The notes under the pieces were generated by a model. It had not been told where the DNA came from and did no database searches. It worked only from the letters and a program-made list of their open reading frames with translations. This document shows, in pieces, positions 41,111-53,209 of a stretch of 64,000 bases of DNA. Position numbers and translations under genes: made by a program. This DNA comes from Octopus vulgaris (lineage: Eukaryota): assembly GCA_951406725.2 (NCBI GenBank), contig OX597833.1, forward strand, positions 620,001 to 684,000, given 5' to 3'. Numbering within the stretch: the first letter of the stretch is position 1; each line of letters begins with the position of its first letter.

Positions 41111-42134
41111 GACGGGCTTCTTTCAGTTTCCGTCTACCATATCCACTCACAAGGCTTTTGGTCGGCCCGAGGCTACAGTAGAAGACACTTGACCAAGGTG
41201 CCACGCAGTGGGACTGAACCCGGACCCATGTGGTTGGTAAACAAGCTACTTACCACACAGCCAATCCTGTGCCTATATCTACCAGACTTAACAAAATGGG
41301 TGCTAGCGTTGTTCAACTGAACATTTCAGAGTGGTAGCCCAAGGGCTGAAATAAGGGGAAAGAAATAAAAGATATGACTGTAAACACACATACATACATG
41401 TGTACGCACACACACACACACACACCCATCGTGTTTTGGGTTTAGTTCCACTTTGTGGCATCTTGGGTAAGTGTCTTTTACTATAGCCCCAGGCCAACCC
41501 CAAGCGTTGTGAGTAAATCTGGTAGATGGAAACTGTGGGAAGCTCAGGATGAGTGTGTATATGTGTCGATAAATCACACAATAACCCTTTAGCATTCAGA
41601 TTACTCTGTCAAATAGGTGCAAGTATGGCTGTGTGGTAGGTAGCTTGCTTCCCAACCACATGGTTCTGGGTTCAGAACACACGCACACACTGAATCGTTT
41701 TTGCATGTGAAATAACAGGACTTGATTGGTTGCTGGCCTAAAAAACACTCTCACCTTTTTATAAATTCCCTCAAATCAAGCATTCTATAATTTTTGTCCT
41801 TTCACAGAATTGTTGTATGTTGTTAAAGTTTTGGTGGCACATCACCCGAAAAGGGCCGAAGCTGTAGTAGAGTAGTAGAAGACACCTGCCCAGGGTGGCA
41901 CGCAATGGGACTGAACCCCAGACTATGTGGTTGAGAAGTACAGCCACACCTTTATCTGTAAAACAAAGCAGACAGGATGGTCATATGTGGGATATTTTTG
42001 ATCATAGGCCTACTTAACAACAACACTAATCACCACCATATCTCTCTGCCTTCTTCTATTTACTCATTTGTAATGTCAATGAAAGAATGCCTGTATGTGT
42101 GTAATGTGTGTAGAGTGTAATGTGGGTGTAGTGT

Positions 42135-45100
42135 GTCTTGTCTTGAGACAGCATTCACCCAGGGTGGGTTGAGCTGGCTTCATTCATCCTCAATGCTACA
42201 TCTCTCACAAATGCCGACCAGGCCTGGCGATTTGAGGCTAACGACCGCGTGATCTCCAACCACACCTTATTCCAGCGGTGAACGCCTAGGTTGGGTTCCA
42301 GATCAGCCCTGACTGTCATCAGCCAGGTTTTTCATTGTTGACCACATCGCTTTCGCCAACCCTGAAGGGGAGCTGGGGCAATTGCTTCGTAGGTTGGGTT
42401 GCAGATCAGCCTTGACTGTCATCAACCAGGTTTTTCGTTGTCGACCACATCGCTTTCGCCAACCCTGAAGGGGAGCTAGGGCAATTGCTTCGTAGGTTGG
42501 GTTCCAGATCAGCCCTGACTGTCATCAGCCAGGTTTTTCATTGTCGACCACATCGCTTTCGCCAACACTGAAGGGGAGCTGGGACAATTGCTTCGTAGGT
42601 TGGGTTCCAGATCAGCCCTGACTGTCATCAGCCAGGTTTTTCATTGTCGACCACATCGCTTTCGCAAACACTGAAGGGTAGCTGGGGCAATTGCTTCGTA
42701 GGTTGGGTTCCAGATCAGCCCTGACTGTCATCAGCCAGGTTTTTCATTGTCGACCACATCGCTTTCGCCAACACTGAAGGGGAGCTGGGGCAATTGCTTC
42801 GTAGGTTGGGTTCCAGATCAGCCTTGACTGTCATCAGCCAGGTTTTTCATTGTCGACCACATCGCTTTCGCCAACACTGAAGGGGAGCTGGGGCAATTGC
42901 TTCGTAGGTTGGGTTCCAGATCAGCCCTGACTGTCATCAGCCAGGTTTTTCATTGTCGACCACATCGCTTTCGCCAACACTGAAGGGGAGCTGGGGCAAT
43001 TGCTTCGTAGGTTGGGTTCCAGATCAGCCCTGACTGTCATCAGCCAGGTTTTTCATTGTCGACCACATCGCTTTCGCCAACACTGAAGGGGAGCTGGGGC
43101 AATTGCTTCGTAGGTTGGGTTCCAGATCAGCCCTGACTGTCATCAGCCAGGTTTTTCATTGTCGACCACATCGCTTTCGCCAACCCTGAAGGGGAGCTGG
43201 GGCAATTGCTTCGTAGGTTGGGTTGCAGATCAGCCTTGACTGTCATCAACCAGGTTTTTCGTTGTCGACCACATCGCTTTCGCCAACCCTGAAGGGGAGC
43301 TAGGGCAATTGCTTCGTAGGTTGGGTTCCAGATCAGCCCTGACTGTCATCAGCCAGGTTTTTCATTGTCGACCACATCGCTTTCGCCAACACTGAAGGGG
43401 AGCTGGGGCAATTGCTTCGTAGGTTGGGTTCCAGATCAGCCCTGACTGTCATCAGCCAGGTTTTTCATTGTCGACCACATCGCTTTCGCCAACACTGAAG
43501 GGGAGCTGGGGCAATTGCTTCGTAGGTTGGGTTCCAGATCAGCCCTGACTGTCATCAGCCAGGTTTTTCATTGTCGACCACATCGCTTTCGCCAACACTG
43601 AAGGGGAGCTGGGGCAATTGCTTCGTAGGTTGGGTTCCAGATCAGCCTTGACTGTCATCAGCCAGGTTTTTCATTGTCGACCACATCGCTTTCGCCAACA
43701 CTGAAGGGGAGCTGGGGCAATTGCTTCGTAGGTTGGGTTCCAGATCAGCCCTGACTGTCATCAGCCAGGTTTTTCATTGTCGACCACATCGCTTTCGCCA
43801 ACACTGAAGGGGAGCTGGGGCAATTGCTTCGTAGGTTGGGTTCCAGATCAGCCTTGACTGTCATCAGCCAGGTTTTTCATTGTCGACCACATCGCTTTCG
43901 CCAACACTGAAGGGAGCTGGGGCAATTGCTCGTAGGTTGGGTTCCAGATCAGCCCTGACTGTCATCAGCCAGGTTTTTCATTGTCGACCACATCGCTTTC
44001 GCCAACACTGAAGGGGAGCTGGGGCAATTGCTTCGTAGGTTGGGTTCCAGATCAGCTTTGACTGTCATCAGCCAGGTTTTTCATTGTCGACCACATCGCT
44101 TTCGCCAACACTGAAGGGGAGCTGGGGCAATTGCTTCGTAGGTTGGGTTCCAGATCAGCCCTGACTGTCATCAGCCAGGTTTTTCATTGTCGACCACATC
44201 GCTTTCGCCAACACTGAAGGGGAGCTGGGGCAATTGCTTCGTAGGTTGGGTTCCAGATCAGCCCTGACTGTCATCAGCCAGGTTTTTCATTGTCGACCAC
44301 ATCGCTTTCGCCAACACTGAAGGGGAGCTGGGGCAATTGCTTCGTAGGTTGGGTTCCAGATCAGCCCTGACTGTCATCAGCCAGGTTTTTCATTGTCGAC
44401 CACATCGCTTTCGCCAACACTGAAGGGGAGCTGGGGCAATTGCTTCGTAGGTTGGGTTGCAGATCAGCCTTGACTGTCATCAACCAGGTTTTTCGTTGTC
44501 GACCACATCGCTTTCGCCAACCCTGAAGGGGAGCTAGGGCAATTGCTTCGTAGGTTGGGTTCCAGATCAGCCCTGACTGTCATCAGCCAGGTTTTTCATT
44601 GTCGACCACATCGCTTTCGCCAACACTGAAGGGGAGCTGGGGCAATTGCTTCGTAGGTTGGGTTCCAGATCAGCCCTGACTGTCATCAGCCAGGTTTTTC
44701 ATTGTCGACCACATCGCTTTCGCCAACACTGAAGGGGAGCTGGGGCAATTGCTTCGTAGGTTGGGTTCCAGATCAGCCTTGACTGTCATCAGCCAGGTTT
44801 TTCATTGTCGACCACATCGCTTTCGCCAACACTGAAGGGGAGCTGGGGCAATTGCTTCGTAGGTTGGGTTCCAGATCAGCCTTGACTGTCATCAGCCAGG
44901 TTTTTCATTGTCGACCACATCGCTTTCGCCAACACTGAAGGGGAGCTGGGGCAATTGCTTCGTAGGTTGGGTTCCAGATCAGCCCTGACTGTCATCAGCC
45001 AGGTTTTTCATTGTCGACCACATCGCTTTCGCCAACACTGAAGGGGAGCTGGGGCAATTGCTTCGTAGGTTGGGTTCCAGATCAGCCCTGACTGTCATCA

Positions 45101-45195
45101 GCCAGGTTTTTCATTGTCGACCACATCGCTTTCGCCAACCCTGAAGGGGAGCTGGGGCAATTGCTTCATAGATGAATTCTCCTGGTTGACGATAT
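42135..45195 (-). mobile_element. 5'-truncated RTE-like LINE 3' end that hosts the 103-bp array
   Basis: With the array collapsed to one unit, the minus strand reads PGEFIYEAIAPAPLQGWRKRCGRQ*KTWLMTVRADLEPNLGVHRWNKVWLEITRSLASNRQAWSAFVRDVALRMNEASSTHPG* followed by a CAAGACAAGA tail. Confidence 0.75.
42286..45167. repeat. Tandem array of 28 x 103 bp units
   Basis: Unit GTAGGTTGGGTTCCAGATCAGCCCTGACTGTCATCAGCCAGGTTTTTCATTGTCGACCACATCGCTTTCGCCAACACTGAAGGGGAGCTGGGGCAATTGCTTC. Unit starts at 42286, 42389, ... 42801, 42904, ... 45065. Confidence 0.97.
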
Positions 45196-45538
45196 GTGTT
45201 GTGTGTGTGTGATGAGGATTAAGTTCTTCCTGTTGTCACCCCCACATCCTTCCCTGGCCTCTGCAATAACATTGCTGCACATGTAACAGGCCCGTGACGG
45301 CTTATCTAAACCTCTTGCCCTCATTCTGTGTTGCTTCTCTGTCTGGCTGCCTGTGCATGTATCTCAGCATATATCCATGCATGTATGTGCATATACACAC
45401 ACACACACACACACACACATGTATATATTTGTGTCTCTGTGGCTAAATGACATGTGAGACAGATAAGAAAAATATCAAAGTGACAACCAACTTAAGAGGC
45501 AAGATGTTATCTAATTACAGTTTTTTTCATGTTGTTCA

Positions 45539-45941
45539 CTAGCAGTTTCGCCCGGCGTTGCTCGGGTTTGTAAGGGAAATAACTATATAAGTATTTTTAG
45601 AGATGTAAAGTATAATAGCCATCTCAATATGGCTAAACACAAAGTGGGGGGGGTGTTACTGTAGCTTTTTACGTTCTGAGATTTAATAATAAATTTTTAG
45701 AGAGTTACTTCCCTTATATATGCCAAAAATGCATTAAAAATGGGAAAAATTGATGGTAAATTTTTTTTTTTTTAATCGTAGACTCATCGTAGACGCTCGC
45801 TAATACCCAGAAGGGCTCGATATGAATCACGACTATAAGATACCCGGTTTTGGTTAAACTGCACCGCAAAATGTGGGAGTAGTTAGGAATCTAAATCGGA
45901 GTAGACAGACTCTCACACAACCTCTCTTTTATATATAAAGA
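45539..45941 (-). mobile_element. Non-autonomous Helitron
   Basis: Minus strand: A|TCTTTATATATAAAAG...CCCGAGCAACGCCGGG hairpin...CTAG|T, inserted at an AT site with no TSD. Confidence 0.8.
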
Positions 45942-47767
45942 TTATTCTCTCACATTCATCACTGTGTTTGTCTACCTGTCTGTTTCTTTATTACACTATC
46001 TGTGTGTCTTTCGACCTGTGGAGGCGCAATGACCCAGTGGTTAGGGCAACGGACTCGTGGTTATAGGATTGCAGTTTCAATTCCCAGACCGGGTGTTGTG
46101 AGTGTTTATTGGAGCAGAAAGTCCTAAAGCTCCTCGAGGCTTCAACATGGGGTGGTGGCAAACCCTGCTGTACTCTTTCACCACAACTTTCTCTCACTCT
46201 TTCTTCCTGTTTCTGTTGTACCTGTATTTCAAAGGGCCAGCCTTGTCACACTCTGTGTCACGCTGAATCTCCCCGAGAACTACGTTAAGGGTACACATGT
46301 CTGTGGAGTGCTTAGAGCAGGGCTAAACACACACACACACACAAACACATCATCATCATCATCATCATCGTTTAACGTCCGTTTTCCATGCTAGCACGGG
46401 TTGGACGGTTCGACCGGGGTCTGGGAAGCCAGGAGGCTGCGCCAGGCCCAGGCTGATTTGGCAGTGTGTCTACAGCTGGATGCCCTTCCTAACGCCAACC
46501 ACTCTGTGAGTGTAGTGGGTGCTTTTTACGTGCCTCTGGCACAGGTGCCAAGGGAGGCTGGCAATGGCCATGATCAGTTGATGCTTTTTACGTGCCACCG
46601 GCACAGAAGCCAGTCAAGGCGGCACTGGCATCAGCCACGTTCGGATGGTGCTTTTTACCATCTACCGGCATAGGTATCACAACTATAATTTCCATTTGAT
46701 ATTTATTGTAGTTGTGATACCTGTAATAACCCTTTGGCCAAGTTTGCATGGCTTAAGTGGAAGTTGTTGGGGTAGCTTTTCTATTGTTAGGTGTCCTTCC
46801 TGTGGTCAACCCTCACCTGTTTCCAAACAAGGTACTATTTCCCCATGCTTAGACATGTTTTCTGTTGTACCTGTATTTCGAAGGGCCAGCCTTGTCACAC
46901 TCTGAGTGACGCTGATTCTCCCCTCAGAACTACGTTAAGGGTACACGTGTCTGTGGAGTGCTTAGAGCAGGGCTAAGCACACACTCACACACAAACACAC
47001 AAACACATCATCATCATCATCGTTTAACATCCGTTTTACATAGGTGACTGGAAACAAACAACCTCACTTGTATGATGATGTTGGTGGTGGTGGTGGTGGT
47101 TGGTGGTGGTGGTGGTGGTGGTGGTGGTGTGGTGTTGGTGATGGTTGGTGATGGTGGTTGGTGGTTGGTGGTGGTGGTGGTGGTGGTGGTGGTGATGCTT
47201 ATTTACAAACATGTAAAAAGCATCCAGCACACTCAGTAAAGTGGTTAGCATTAGGAAGGGCATCCAGCTGTAGAATCATGAGGTAGTGAGTTCAGTTCCT
47301 GGACTGGGCTGCGTGTTGTGTTCTTGAGCAAGATACTTTATTTTGCATTGCTCCAGTTCACTCAGCTGTAGAAATGAGTTGCGACGTCACAGGTGCCAAG
47401 CTGTATTGACCCCTTTGCCTTTCCCTTGAATGATGTTGGTAGCGTGGAGAGAGGAGGCTGGTATGCAAGGGCATCTGCTGGTCTTCCATAAAAAAAAAAC
47501 CTTGCCTGGACTCATGCCTTGGAAGGGAACTTTCTAGGTGCAATCCCATGGTCATTTATGCCTGAAGGGCATCTTTACTTTACCATATATATATAATAAT
47601 TATTTGAGGGAATATTAATCCTAACTTACAGGGAAAAAATTCAATTTAGAAATACTAAATCAAATTTCACAATATATATATATATATATATATAATGTGA
47701 CCGCGTGTGTACCGTTGGCGATTTTTTTTCCTCTGTCTTCCCTTCTCTGGATCTTTCCTTCTCCTAT

Positions 47768-47802
47768 GTTTCCGACGAAGAGCTCCACTCGAAACGTTAA
47801 AC
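47768..47802 (+). ncRNA. Degenerate minimal hammerhead motif (core U4->C)
   Basis: GTTT-CCGACGA-a-GAG-ctcca-CTC-GAAA-CG-TT|AAAC, inside a (TA)n-flanked insertion at about 47695-47895. Confidence 0.45.
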
Positions 47803-48131
47803 CCTCCTTCTTTCCTGAGCGTCCAATAATACTATATTTGTTCCACATCCTCGCGTTGTTGTGTTTTTTTGTGCTTTCTTGTTTGGATTAACTATATATA
47901 TATATATATATATAATTAGTAAAAGTGAATATGTATAAAATATTAGAAAAAAACACCTTTTATCAATTCAAAATGAACAATTAAATTACACCATCTAGAA
48001 AATTACATATAATAGAAATATTATATATATTTCTAACTATATATTTATATATATAGTTAGAAATTTTTTGTCTCTTCTACAACAAATTTGTAACTTTATA
48101 TTATGTTCACAATTTTATTTCTACTCCGCAG

Positions 48132-48459
48132 GTCGCACATGGCAATAACAGGATTGGTAGTTGTGACACCTGCGTCCTGGAAAGTTGGGAAGCTGTTTGT
48201 GGAAGACAACAAACCACCGCTATGCGTATCTGAATGTCACGAAGTTACCAAAGTATTTATGACAGACCTGGCCCCCGAAATAATGAACAGCTATCTGGAC
48301 TCTGGTGAATTCAATGGACGAGCCGGGGCGTATAGCATCCAGGGGCTGGCTGGTTCCTTCATCGAAGCTGTGGACGGTGACTTCTACAACGTTGTAGGGC
48401 TTCCATTACACCGATTTTGTCGTGAGCTGTTGCATATTTGTATGACTAAACAAGATTAA
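48132..48459 (+). CDS. Maf-family pyrophosphatase, coding exon 2 (terminal)
   Basis: Pyrimidine tract plus CAG acceptor ending at 48131. The phase matches exon 1 (AA+G=K, then SHMAITGLVV...YLDSGEFNGRAGAYSIQG...GDFYNVVGLPL...QD*). The join LSGK|SHMAITG is collinear with the Maf LSGxxHxVxTG motif. Total 231 aa. Confidence 0.95.
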
Positions 48460-49635
48460 GTTTGATTTTTAACAATGCAACCCCACATGAGAAAATTAAT
48501 CCCCTTCTTAAATCTATGCCTCTTCTAAAGCTATTAATTCATAAATTCAAACCCACATGTGTACAAACACACGTGCTTACATACGCACTTATGAACATGT
48601 ATCAAATTAAGGTTATTATTTTAATGCAAGTTTCAGAACAGTAACAGAATATTTATTGACGGTGTGAGTCAGTACTAAATCTAGGGCCAAATGTAGTTTA
48701 AGATCCATTTTGACTGGGTTTCCATCTCTCACCTGACTGTTTATTCATCAAGTAAAATTGTGTCTCAGGCAAAACAAATTTTAAAGTGTGAGCACACACA
48801 CACACACACACACTCACACATACGTATTTATATACCTGAACAAAATTAGGGAGCTGAATGCATATAGTAAGTAAAAAGTATATATAAGTATAATGATATA
48901 GTCTGCTAAAGATAATACATCCTAACAAGGAGCTTCATTTTAAGCCAAGCAGTCTGCAGATCAAATAACAAATGCAGTCAGTTCGTAAAAATACCTTGGT
49001 ATGTCTTGTGTATTTCAGGCATTATATCATAATATTATCAGTTAGAAATTTGTTAGGGGCTTAACATGTTACATATCAATATTGTTAGAGGTGACTTGTA
49101 GTAATTTTCCTTGGATAACTATAACAACATTGCTATCGTTTGATGTGAGGGTTCTGATGATGCTATCACTGTTCCCTTGTTATTTTGTGCAGCTAAACAC
49201 ACTCGGGGTTTCAATGATTAAACAATTTTTTTCTTATAAACGGAGGACAAAAAAGAAACATATCTTTGTTTATGTTTGCTGTGTGTAAAACTAAATATTT
49301 TACTTTCTCTTTCCTCCTTGCACCTGAAGGGTTAAAATGAACGACTAATCTGATTATCTTGCAAAAACAATCACAAACGGAGATATTCTTTCTTTTTCCC
49401 CTGTTCTGCCTTTTTTCCACCTCTCTACCGATAAAAAAAAGAAACAAACTCGTCTGCGTGTGTGTGTGGGGGTGTTTTACATTTTCCTTTCAAAAGACGA
49501 GAAAATTGAAGAGAAAGAGAGAGAGAGTTAGATAGAGAATCAAGATTTACCATTCTCTCTGAGCCTCATTTAAACTATTTATTTGTTTGTTTTTGGTTAT
49601 TGACGGATTTATTCCAGAATTTTCTTTCTTTCCTC

Positions 49636-49641
49636 AATAAA
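49636..49641 (+). promoter_or_regulatory. Candidate polyadenylation signal; 3' UTR about 48460-49660
   Basis: AATAAA followed by an A-rich stretch. The interval 48460-49700 is free of the SINEs common elsewhere. Confidence 0.4.
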
Positions 49642-49758
49642 GTAAATCATAAAAATAAAAAAAAAATTTCTTATATCTGTGCAATGATGGATTTTTATTT
49701 TCTTCTCTCTTTTACTTATTTCAGTCATTTGATTGTGGCCATGCTGGAGCACCAGCCT

Positions 49759-49988
49759 TTAACCCTTTAGTATTTAAACTCGACCATATCCGGCCAAAAT
49801 ATTTAATCTGTTTTATGCTCAAACTTTTGACCACATCCAGGCTCTCACACCCAAAAACAATGTTATTCTACATTAAGTAATTACACCATCAAGATCTTGA
49901 AGATATGAGATAATGCATGAATAATTCAAATCAATGGGAATTAATAAGCATTATGTTTGATAGATGAATCTGAACACTAAAGGGTTAA
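49759..49988. mobile_element. Second piggyBac-like MITE family inserted in a SINE
   Basis: TTAA-CCCTTTAGTATTTA ... TGAACACTAAAGGG-TTAA interrupts the SINE A sequence GCCTTTAATCAAGC. Confidence 0.75.
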
Positions 49989-50151
49989 TCAAGCAACTCG
50001 ACCCCGGGTCTTATTTTTTTGTAAGCCCAGTACTTATTCTATCGGTCTGTTTTGCCGAACCGCTAAGTAATGGGGGACATAAACACACCAGCATCAGTTG
50101 TCAAGCAATGCCGGGGGGACAAGCACAGACACACAACCATATACACACACA

Positions 50152-50186
<35 letters not shown>

Positions 50187-53163
50187 GACAGGCTTCTTTC
50201 AGTTTCCATCTACCAAATCCACTCACAAGGCTTTGGTCGGCCCAAGGCTATAGTAGAAGACACTTGCCCAAGGTGCCACGCAGTGGGACTGAACCCGGAA
50301 CCATGTGGTTGGTAAGCAAGCTACTTACCACACAGCCACTCCTACCTTTTTTTTTTTTTTTGGTCGGAGAAATTCTGAATTCAAATTCTTCCATGCATCA
50401 GAATGTTTTTGTTTCCATGACAAATCCCAATACGATCAGAACCTACACCACCTGAAAGGTACTTCTAGAAAATCTTTATTCATCAATATTCATTTTCAGA
50501 AAATTATGAGGAATCAAAGTCCACGAAGCAGGCGGGGGCATAGTTGTGTAGTTATGCCCAATCTAATTTCAGATCGGGCACAGGCAACCTTTTTGGAGAA
50601 GCGGACCGCATGACATATAACTCTTCATCAAGTGAACCACACTATTAAAAAAGGAAAGATTGAAGGTAGTTTTTCACTAGGCGTGCCATTTACAAAGTTC
50701 TACGGAGCAGTCGTGGTTGGAACGGCATCGGTCATAAATCTATCTGCTCGGTAAAAGCCAGCCTGTGGTCAAGTAACAAGAAGACTAAGGGGAAGCCACT
50801 CCGGTCTTTTCTCCCTCCTGAAAATGCTGCCTGTTACTCTTTACTCTTTTACTTGTTTCAGTCATTTGACTGCGGCCATGCTGGAGCGCCGCCTTTTTTA
50901 ATCGAGCAAATCGACCCCGGGATTTATTATTCATTGTAAGCCCAGTACTTATTCTATCGGTCTCTTTTGCCGAACCGCTAAGTTACGGGGACGTAAACAC
51001 ACCAGCATCAGTTGCCAAGCAATGCTAGGGGGACAAACACAGACACACAAACACACACTCGCATATATATATATATATATATACATATATGTGACGGGCT
51101 TCTTTCAGTTTCTGTCTACCAAATCCACTCACAAGGCTTTGGTCGGCCCGAGGCTATAGTAGAAGACACTTGCCCAAGGTGCCACGCAGTGGGACTGAAC
51201 CCAGAACCATGTGGTTGGTAAGCCAGCTACTTACCACACAGCCACTCCTGCGCCTATATTCGATCTTCACATAATTCCATTGAAAAAGGAATGCTTCATA
51301 CGAAACCGAAGCCCATAATTATCGTCTGCTCCGCTCCTTCGTCCATAGGATCACTTACAAGGAGCGAGAGGGGAATACAGATTGTTTATCTTAAACGATT
51401 CTAAAGGCTTCATTTGATGTGGTTATCTTTATGATACCTGAATGTTGCATGCGCGTGTATACACATAAATCATGGGAATGTGGCGATATAGGTTTTGAGA
51501 GAGGCGGCGAGCTGGCAGAAGCGTTAGCACGCCGGGCGAAATGCGTTGCCGTATTTCGTCTGTCGTTACGTTCTGAGTTCAAATTCCGCCGAGGTCGGCT
51601 TTGCCTTTCATCCTTTCGGGGTCGATAAATTAAGTACCAGTTACACTGGTAATCGACTTATCCCTTTGTTTGTCCCCTCTGTGTTTAACCCCTTGTGGGT
51701 AGTAAAGAAACAGGTATTTCGTCTGCCGCTACGTTCTGAGTTCAAATTCCGCCGATAGAAAGAAATGTACAGCGGTTTAATATTACAGATCGTAGTTTAC
51801 AGGCAAACAGCATATTTGTGAATTAAAAAAAGGACAATGAATGTTTGTGTGTCTGCCTGCCATTCAGTCAAAACAATTCTATGCAAATAGGTTTCTTAGG
51901 AAATAGAAGCGCTTAATTCTCCCCCACATCGCTTCTTCATCTATGGGATCAGCTACAAGGAATGAATTGTTAGGGGGGTATAACTCTGATGGACTTACTG
52001 AATGTTCTGTATCTTTTGATACCATTTTAGAAAAAAGAACGATCAATCCATATTTAATTTATATAACAAACGAATGACATTTATTGTTTCCGATTGGGGC
52101 ACAGGACTGGAGCGATTTTGAGGAAAAGGGTTATTCGATCTTTGAACTTCAGTGGTACTTTATTTTAGCGACCCCGGAGAGATGAAAGGTAAAGTTGACC
52201 TTGGCAGGATTTGAACTCAGAATGTAAGGAGCCAAATAAATTTCATCGAAGTAATGGTTACCTCGACGCTCTAACAATTATTCCAAGTAACAGAATATTA
52301 TTAAGTGGCTGTGTGGTAAGTAGCTTGTTTACCAACCACATGGTTCCGGTTTCAGTCCCACTGCGTGGCACTTTGGCCAAGTGTCTTCTGCTATAGCCTC
52401 GGGCCGACCCTAAAGCCTTGTGAGTGGATTTGGTAGACGGAAACTGAAAGAAGCCCGTCGTATATGTTTGTCCCCCCAACATCACTTGACAACCGATGCT
52501 GGTGTGTTTACGTCCCCGTAAGTTAGCGGTTCGGCAAAAGAGACCAATAGAATAAGTCCTGGGGTCGATTTGCTGGACTAAAGGCCGTGCTCCAGGATGG
52601 CCGCAGTCAAATGACTGAATCAAGTGAAAGAATAATATAATTTGGTTTCAATTTTTGCACAAGGCCAGCAATTTCGGGGGTTGGGGTAAGTCTATTGCAT
52701 CGACCCCAGTGCTTGACTGGTGCTTGTTTTATCGACCCCGAAAGGATAAAAGGCGAAGTCGGCCTCAGTGGAATTTGAACCCAGAACGTAAAGTCAAAAG
52801 AAATGCGTAGAATCTTTAGGACGCCGAGCGAAATGGTTAGCGGCATTTCGTCCATCTTTACGTTCTGAGTTCATATTCTGCTGAGGCCCACTTTCGGGGT
52901 CGATAAAATAAGTACCAGTTGAGTACTGGGGTCGATGAGATCGACTAGCCCCCAACCCCTAAATTGCTGGCCTTGTGCCAAAGTTTGAAATCAATGTCCT
53001 TCAGGGCTTTAGTCTGGCTGAATCATTACAGCGTTGGCAAAATAAGATAAAATACTAAAACAAAACAAAAAATAAAAACTTTGCGATATTTGTTCTAGCC
53101 CTTTATGTTCCGGGTTCAGATCCATCCGAGGGCAATATCCCTTTCATCCTTTCTGGGGCCTAT

Positions 53164-53209
<46 letters not shown>

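Larger units (their letters stand above)
15142..48131 (+). other. ~33 kb GT-AG intron of the Maf gene, filled with transposable elements and microsatellites
   Basis: GTAAGT donor and TTTCTACTCCGCAG acceptor. Reading frame and homology run continuously across the junction, so no internal exon is needed. Confidence 0.85.

Noticed and set aside
42286-45167. The 103-bp array as a CRISPR array or a tandem hammerhead (minus strand has CTGATGA and CGAAA)
   Set aside because: There are no unique spacers. Stems I-III cannot be formed around the motifs, which are simply codons of the LINE frame (WLMT, WRK).
15142-48131. Additional internal Maf exons or an ASMTL methyltransferase domain
   Set aside because: Exons 1 and 2 join in frame with no homology gap, and no methyltransferase-like ORF was seen downstream in the window.
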